A stretch of DNA of 28,067 bases from a virus. Lineage: Duplodnaviria > Caudoviricetes. Location of the stretch: the IMG/VR virus record IMGVR_UViG_3300037461_001112, positions 1 through 28,067 of that record, one strand, 5' to 3'. Positions 23,719-28,067 of this stretch are shown here, piece by piece; positions within the stretch are counted from its first letter, which is position 1, and each line of letters opens with the position of its first letter. Under the pieces are notes generated by a model that was given only the letters and a program-made list of their open reading frames with translations, ran no database searches and was not told the DNA's origin. The translations under genes and the position numbers were made by a program.

Positions 23719-26133
23719 ATGGACTTCTCTAAGGAACTTTCACAGATTAAGCAATCCCCTGTGGTCTCATTAGACTTTGAAACGGACGGGCTCATCCCGT
23801 ACGAAGCGAAGCCAGAGGGGGTTTCTGTCGGGTGGAAAAAAGAGGGGAAGGTCCATGCTCAGTATTGGACTTTGGACTGCTCGGGGAAGAATAAGGTGTC
23901 CTGGCAGTGGTTCAATGAGACCATTCTAAATTCAATTTGGGAGGATGCTGAGAAAACTCTTGTCTTCCACAATGCCAAGTTTGACCTTCAGGTCGCCATG
24001 CGCCGAAGAGCGCCCTACCCACTTCGGGTCAGCGAAATCTGGAAACGGTGGCCCAAGTGCCGGGTGGACGACACGATGATTATGTCCTTCTTGGTGGATG
24101 AGAATCGCCCCCGGTCATTGAAAGACCTGTCTCGCATCCTTCTTAAGAAGCCGCGCGCAACGTATGAGCAGACGCAGGCCAAGATCAATGGGATCTACCG
24201 CAAGGCGGAGAACGTCATTGATGAATTCGTGCGGCAGGGGTGGATCATCTACAGTAGTTTTCGTAAGCCGTGCGCGGGAGAACTGTTCCCATCCGAACAC
24301 GCGGAAATGATTTCCGCGTACCCGCTCTTGTCAAAAAAGGACTTTGACAAGAAGTTGACTGCGGATTCTGGTGAATCCTCCCCCGCCGATTGGGCTTACT
24401 ACGTCTCTCTCCACCACAAGCCCCAAACGCATTTTGAGGAGATGATCCACCGAATGAGGGAAGGGTTGAAGAAGGAGGAATTTTCGCAAGAGCTTTCCTC
24501 TTTGATTTCTCCTAAGATCAAGGCCCACCATCAGGTGGAGGCAGAACGGATGATGTGGTCTTACGGCAAGGAGGATGCTTCAGACACCCTGCGCATTTAT
24601 GACATCCTTTCCCCGCTTCTTGGGAAGGCAGAGCGCAAGTGGTACGACGAGGTAGAACTCCCCTTCGCGCTGCTGATGGTGGTGATGGAAATCGGGGGGA
24701 TGACTGTGGACGTATCCCTTCTGGAGGCGATGGAGCGGGATGTGGGGAAGCTGGTAGCGGAATCGGAGGTGGCATTGAGGGAACGTGTTAAACGAGAGTT
24801 TGACATCGACTTCAACCCACACTCCCACACTCAGCTCAAGGACTTATTCTGGAACCGGATGAAACTGACCCCGCCCGAATGGGCACAGGATACAGCGTCT
24901 GGGTTGCCGTCCACTGACTCCGAAGTGCTGGAGTACCTAGCCAAGCGGGGAAATGATATCTGCAAGGATCTCTTAACACTATCTGGGCTCAGTAAGCTCC
25001 ATGGGACTTACCTCAAGCCACTTCGGGAGCGGGGGCAGAGCAACGCTGGGTTGATTCGCACCAGTTACAATACGGTTGGCCCAGTGACGGGGCGGGTCTC
25101 GTCCTCCGCTCCCAATTTGCAGAATGTGCCCAATGCGGACAAGATGCCAACCATTCCAGTTGACACCTTGGGGAAAATGTATGGGCAGCGGATGAATGGT
25201 GTTCTGCCGTTAGGGTGGTCCTATGTGGGGGATGACAAAAAGGAAGTTAGGATGGTGCCACTGCGACGTGCTTTCTGTGCGCCGCCGGGATACAAGCTTC
25301 TGGTCGCCGACTACTCCCAGATTGAGCTTCGCGCAATCGCGCATATCAGCGGCGACCCAGTTCTTCTCAACGCCTATCGTCATTGGGACTGCATCTGCGG
25401 AGCGTCTGGTGACACCGAGGTTGCCATGCACGCCTGCCCTAAATGTGGCGCCCCAGATGGTACGCGCGATGTCCTAGACCCGAAGCAACCTGTTGTCTCA
25501 GGCTTCTGCTTGGGGTTTGATATCCACAGTTTGACGGGACTACGCCTTGGCCTTTTTGCCAAATTAGGCCCAAAGAAGGGGCGTAAGATGGCAAAGCCCG
25601 TGAATTTTGGGTTATGCTATGGAGAGAGTGTCTATCGCCTTGCCCGCGATTTGGGGGTGAGTGATGATGAGGCTCAAGGATACCACAACGGATATTTCTC
25701 ACTCTATGCTGGGGTGGGGGAGTATCACCGTTGGGCCATTGAGACACTCAAGACCGTCGGTGAATTTTCGATGATCTCCAGCGGGCGCAAACGCCATTTC
25801 CATGTGCAGAAAAAAGCGATCGGAAAAAATCGCTTCTCTAAGAAAGACATCGCCAAGACGATGCGCGACATCGTCAACAATCTGCCACAGGGCTCGTCGG
25901 CGGATGTTATGAAAAAGGGGGTTTTGACATTTGTGTCACGGGTAAAGGAAGCTCCCGAACTAGCAGATTGCCAGCTTGCACTGCAGGTGCATGACGAGGT
26001 GGTAGCACTGGTGCCCGAGGAGGTGGCAGAAAACGCCAAGAGTGTTTTGGTCCCAGCGCTGGAACTGAGTTCTCGCTGGAAGGTGCCAATTTTGGTAGAC
26101 TGCAAGATTTGCAGTTCATGGGATGAAAAATGA
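23719..26133 (+). CDS. polA: Family A DNA polymerase with 3'-5' exonuclease
   Basis: Exo I DFET, Exo II HNAKFD, Exo III YGKED; TGRVSSSAPNLQN; motif A ADYSQIELR; motif B RKMAKPVNFGLCYG; motif C QVHDE. No 5' nuclease domain. Confidence 0.97.
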   Translation: MDFSKELSQIKQSPVVSLDFETDGLIPYEAKPEGVSVGWKKEGKVHAQYWTLDCSGKNKVSWQWFNETILNSIWEDAEKTLVFHNAKFDLQVAMRRRAPYPLRVSEIWKRWPKCRVDDTMIMSFLVDENRPRSLKDLSRILLKKPRATYEQTQAKINGIYRKAENVIDEFVRQGWIIYSSFRKPCAGELFPSEHAEMISAYPLLSKKDFDKKLTADSGESSPADWAYYVSLHHKPQTHFEEMIHRMREGLKKEEFSQELSSLISPKIKAHHQVEAERMMWSYGKEDASDTLRIYDILSPLLGKAERKWYDEVELPFALLMVVMEIGGMTVDVSLLEAMERDVGKLVAESEVALRERVKREFDIDFNPHSHTQLKDLFWNRMKLTPPEWAQDTASGLPSTDSEVLEYLAKRGNDICKDLLTLSGLSKLHGTYLKPLRERGQSNAGLIRTSYNTVGPVTGRVSSSAPNLQNVPNADKMPTIPVDTLGKMYGQRMNGVLPLGWSYVGDDKKEVRMVPLRRAFCAPPGYKLLVADYSQIELRAIAHISGDPVLLNAYRHWDCICGASGDTEVAMHACPKCGAPDGTRDVLDPKQPVVSGFCLGFDIHSLTGLRLGLFAKLGPKKGRKMAKPVNFGLCYGESVYRLARDLGVSDDEAQGYHNGYFSLYAGVGEYHRWAIETLKTVGEFSMISSGRKRHFHVQKKAIGKNRFSKKDIAKTMRDIVNNLPQGSSADVMKKGVLTFVSRVKEAPELADCQLALQVHDEVVALVPEEVAENAKSVLVPALELSSRWKVPILVDCKICSSWDEK

Positions 26134-27515
26134 CGATAGCTGTGATGCGAGGGGGCCTGATCGCCCTCTATGGGGTAAAGCAGCAGGAAGAGCTGCGGAA
26201 GTCTTTGGTGTTCCAGAAGTATGACTATGGTACGAACACTAGGATTCCAATTCGCTGCTATACGGAGATTTCACGCCCGGAAGGACCTGTGTTTTTGGTC
26301 CCTCGGCATTTCTGCCGGCACCACCCAGAATTTGGTCCATACGAGATGCGAGAGGATTTTTCATTGGGGGAACCACTCCCGGAAGGCATCTGCTTATCCC
26401 CCAAGAAATCCTTATCCTGGCGTGGCATAAACCAGGACCAAGTCGTCACTGAAATGTTGATGAAGGCACAGACTTGTCTGGGAGGTTACGGGATCGCACC
26501 ATGTGGCTCTGGTAAGACCTTAATGGGCAGCGAACTTGCCCGACGCCTTGGGCGGGCTACCCTCATCATTTTATCTCGTCGGTATCAGGTGACGCAGTGG
26601 TGGGCGGAGCTGGAGGACTCATTTGTCGGCATGGCTGGAAATGTCGGGATCTACCAAGGAAAGCGCCGGGAGCGAAGTCATCCTATCATCCTGGCTACAA
26701 TCAATACGCTACTCAAAGAGCCAGACCCGAACTTCTTCAAGAGGTTTGGGACCGTGTTTTTTGATGAGGGGCACCACCTGCCGGCAGCGACTTGGATGGC
26801 GATGATCGCCAGGTTACGCAGCAAGTTCATTTTTGCGCTGACGGCATCTTACCACAGGACGGATAAGCTGGACGGGCTTTTCCAATTGCTCTTGGGGGAT
26901 ACGCTAGCCGAGGCAAAAATAGGGACAGTGTCTGGCGGGAGGGTGGATATGGTCCACCTCCCTTCTTATTTTTCCAGCCGACGTCCATGGGGCACACATC
27001 CAAACCGGAAGCAGTGGAGCGTGCAACTAGCCAACAATGGCTTGCGTAATCATGCCCTGGTAGAGATCATTTCTCAAGTGTATGAGGCACGCCGGCAGGC
27101 CCTAATTTTCTCGGACATAAGAGAGCATTTGTGCGTTTTGAAAGAGCTGTGCAAGAAGCGTATCCCAGAAGAAAATATGGGGAGTTACATGGGGGGAATG
27201 GCCGATGCGGCTTTGCAGGAAGGTGGGCAAAAGCCGGTGACGTTCATCACGTATGACATGGGGAGTGAGAGCGTGAATTTGCCGTTTAAAGATGCAGCAG
27301 TATGCGCAACTCCCCCACCCTCCAATCTGAAACAGCTAAAGGGTAGGATAGACCGGGCACACCCCACCGGCGGGGAGAAGCCAGCCCCTTACCTGGTGGA
27401 CTTCATCGACCCCGGCCAGTATTTTGAGCGCAAGGGGGAATTCCGAGTTTCTCAGTGGAAGAAGGAAGGGTTGGAGGTCAAGAGGGTATCATATACAGGA
27501 GACGATAATGGATGA
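26130..27515 (+). CDS. Superfamily 2 helicase (UvsW/XPB-like)
   Basis: APCGSGKT, DEGHH, LTAS, QLKGRIDR motifs. Confidence 0.92.
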   Translation: MTIAVMRGGLIALYGVKQQEELRKSLVFQKYDYGTNTRIPIRCYTEISRPEGPVFLVPRHFCRHHPEFGPYEMREDFSLGEPLPEGICLSPKKSLSWRGINQDQVVTEMLMKAQTCLGGYGIAPCGSGKTLMGSELARRLGRATLIILSRRYQVTQWWAELEDSFVGMAGNVGIYQGKRRERSHPIILATINTLLKEPDPNFFKRFGTVFFDEGHHLPAATWMAMIARLRSKFIFALTASYHRTDKLDGLFQLLLGDTLAEAKIGTVSGGRVDMVHLPSYFSSRRPWGTHPNRKQWSVQLANNGLRNHALVEIISQVYEARRQALIFSDIREHLCVLKELCKKRIPEENMGSYMGGMADAALQEGGQKPVTFITYDMGSESVNLPFKDAAVCATPPPSNLKQLKGRIDRAHPTGGEKPAPYLVDFIDPGQYFERKGEFRVSQWKKEGLEVKRVSYTGDDNG

Positions 27516-27975
27516 GCTGCAGAGGTATAATAGGGCCTATTACCAGGCCCATAAGAAGCGAATTTCTGAGAAGAAGAAGCTCCGGTGGCGTGAGGACGCC
27601 AAGTATCGTGAACAGATAAACGCCCGGCGTGAAAAGGCATTGGCCCTCCGGAGGGAGCAGTGCTTGCCCAGGGGGAGGAAGGCTGGTGGGCAGAACACTA
27701 CTCGCGTTTTCGTGGCTAATGGAGAGACCAGATTGGTCTATTCTATAGGGACCGTTGCTAGGTTTTTTGCTCGTCATTACACGACGCTTGAGCGCTGGGC
27801 GCGAAGCAGACTGCTGCCGGTGATCGTTGACGAGCGCGGGCACTTTTGGTTTGACCAAGTGGTCATCCAAAAATGTTGTGGCATCATGGAAGAGTTGTCT
27901 GGCGCCACCTATTCTTCAAAACGGCGGGCGGTGGATGAACTAAAGACCCGGATCAAACAGGTGTTCCATGGGTAA
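27508..27975 (+). CDS. DNA-binding protein with basic N-terminal helix and MerR-like HTH
   Basis: YNRAYYQAHKKRI basic helix and YSIGTVARFFARHYTTLERW...LLP. Start corrected to ATG 27508 (AGGAGA SD). Confidence 0.7.
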   Translation: MDELQRYNRAYYQAHKKRISEKKKLRWREDAKYREQINARREKALALRREQCLPRGRKAGGQNTTRVFVANGETRLVYSIGTVARFFARHYTTLERWARSRLLPVIVDERGHFWFDQVVIQKCCGIMEELSGATYSSKRRAVDELKTRIKQVFHG

Positions 27976-28067
27976 GAAAGAGGTCGCCTTAAGCACTAGC
28001 ACTTTAGATCTGATGGGTGATCCAGAGCGGGGACACCAGCGCCTACGCGACATCGCCCTTTCTGCTG
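27968..28067 (+). CDS. Hypothetical protein, 3'-truncated
   Basis: ATG overlaps the previous gene's end, and the frame stays open for 33 codons to the window edge (MGKKEVALSTSTLDLMGDPE...). Confidence 0.5.
   Translation, partial: MGKKEVALSTSTLDLMGDPERGHQRLRDIALSA

Noticed and set aside
23719-26133. Intein in the polymerase
   Set aside because: The insertions are short and lack the terminal His-Asn/Cys splice motifs and LAGLIDADG blocks.
419-27870. Numerous long antisense and alternate-frame ORFs (e.g. 419-1162, 3872-4534, 8912-9559, 15982-16743, 22678-23265)
   Set aside because: They overlap well-supported + strand genes and show no recognisable motifs; expected shadow ORFs.

Overview
Gene-dense fragment of a contractile-tailed (myovirus-type) phage or prophage, with every credible gene on the + strand. 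Bases 1-16818 are a late tail operon: sheath (5'-truncated), T4 gp19-like tube, a gp26/gp51-like chaperone pair, tape measure, tube initiator, LysM/gpX-like protein, hub, spike, gp25, baseplate J/gp6, gpI-like wedge, fibre-attachment proteins, collar-domain fibre, fibre chaperone, a lipoprotein and a small helical protein, closed by an intrinsic terminator. Bases 16888-28067 are a replication module with two near-consensus sigma70 promoters: family-4 uracil-DNA glycosylase, a Zn-finger/duplicated-domain candidate initiator, DnaC-like loader, DnaB helicase, DnaG primase, gp32-like SSB, family A polymerase, SF2 helicase and a MerR-like HTH protein. The most unusual structure is the 615-bp gap in front of the initiator. 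There, a perfect 51-bp inverted repeat (17904-17954 / 18281-18331) brackets a 326-bp AT-rich core that carries iteron-like motifs and an SD+ATG; it may be a replication origin, an invertible switch, or both. Also notable: an exact 14-bp inverted repeat linking two intergenic sites 14.7 kb apart, a candidate +1/-2 frameshift in the tail chaperone, a hairpin-split ribosome-binding site for the polymerase, and a Cys4 insertion in the polymerase. All protein assignments come from motif recognition and synteny by eye; no database search was run.
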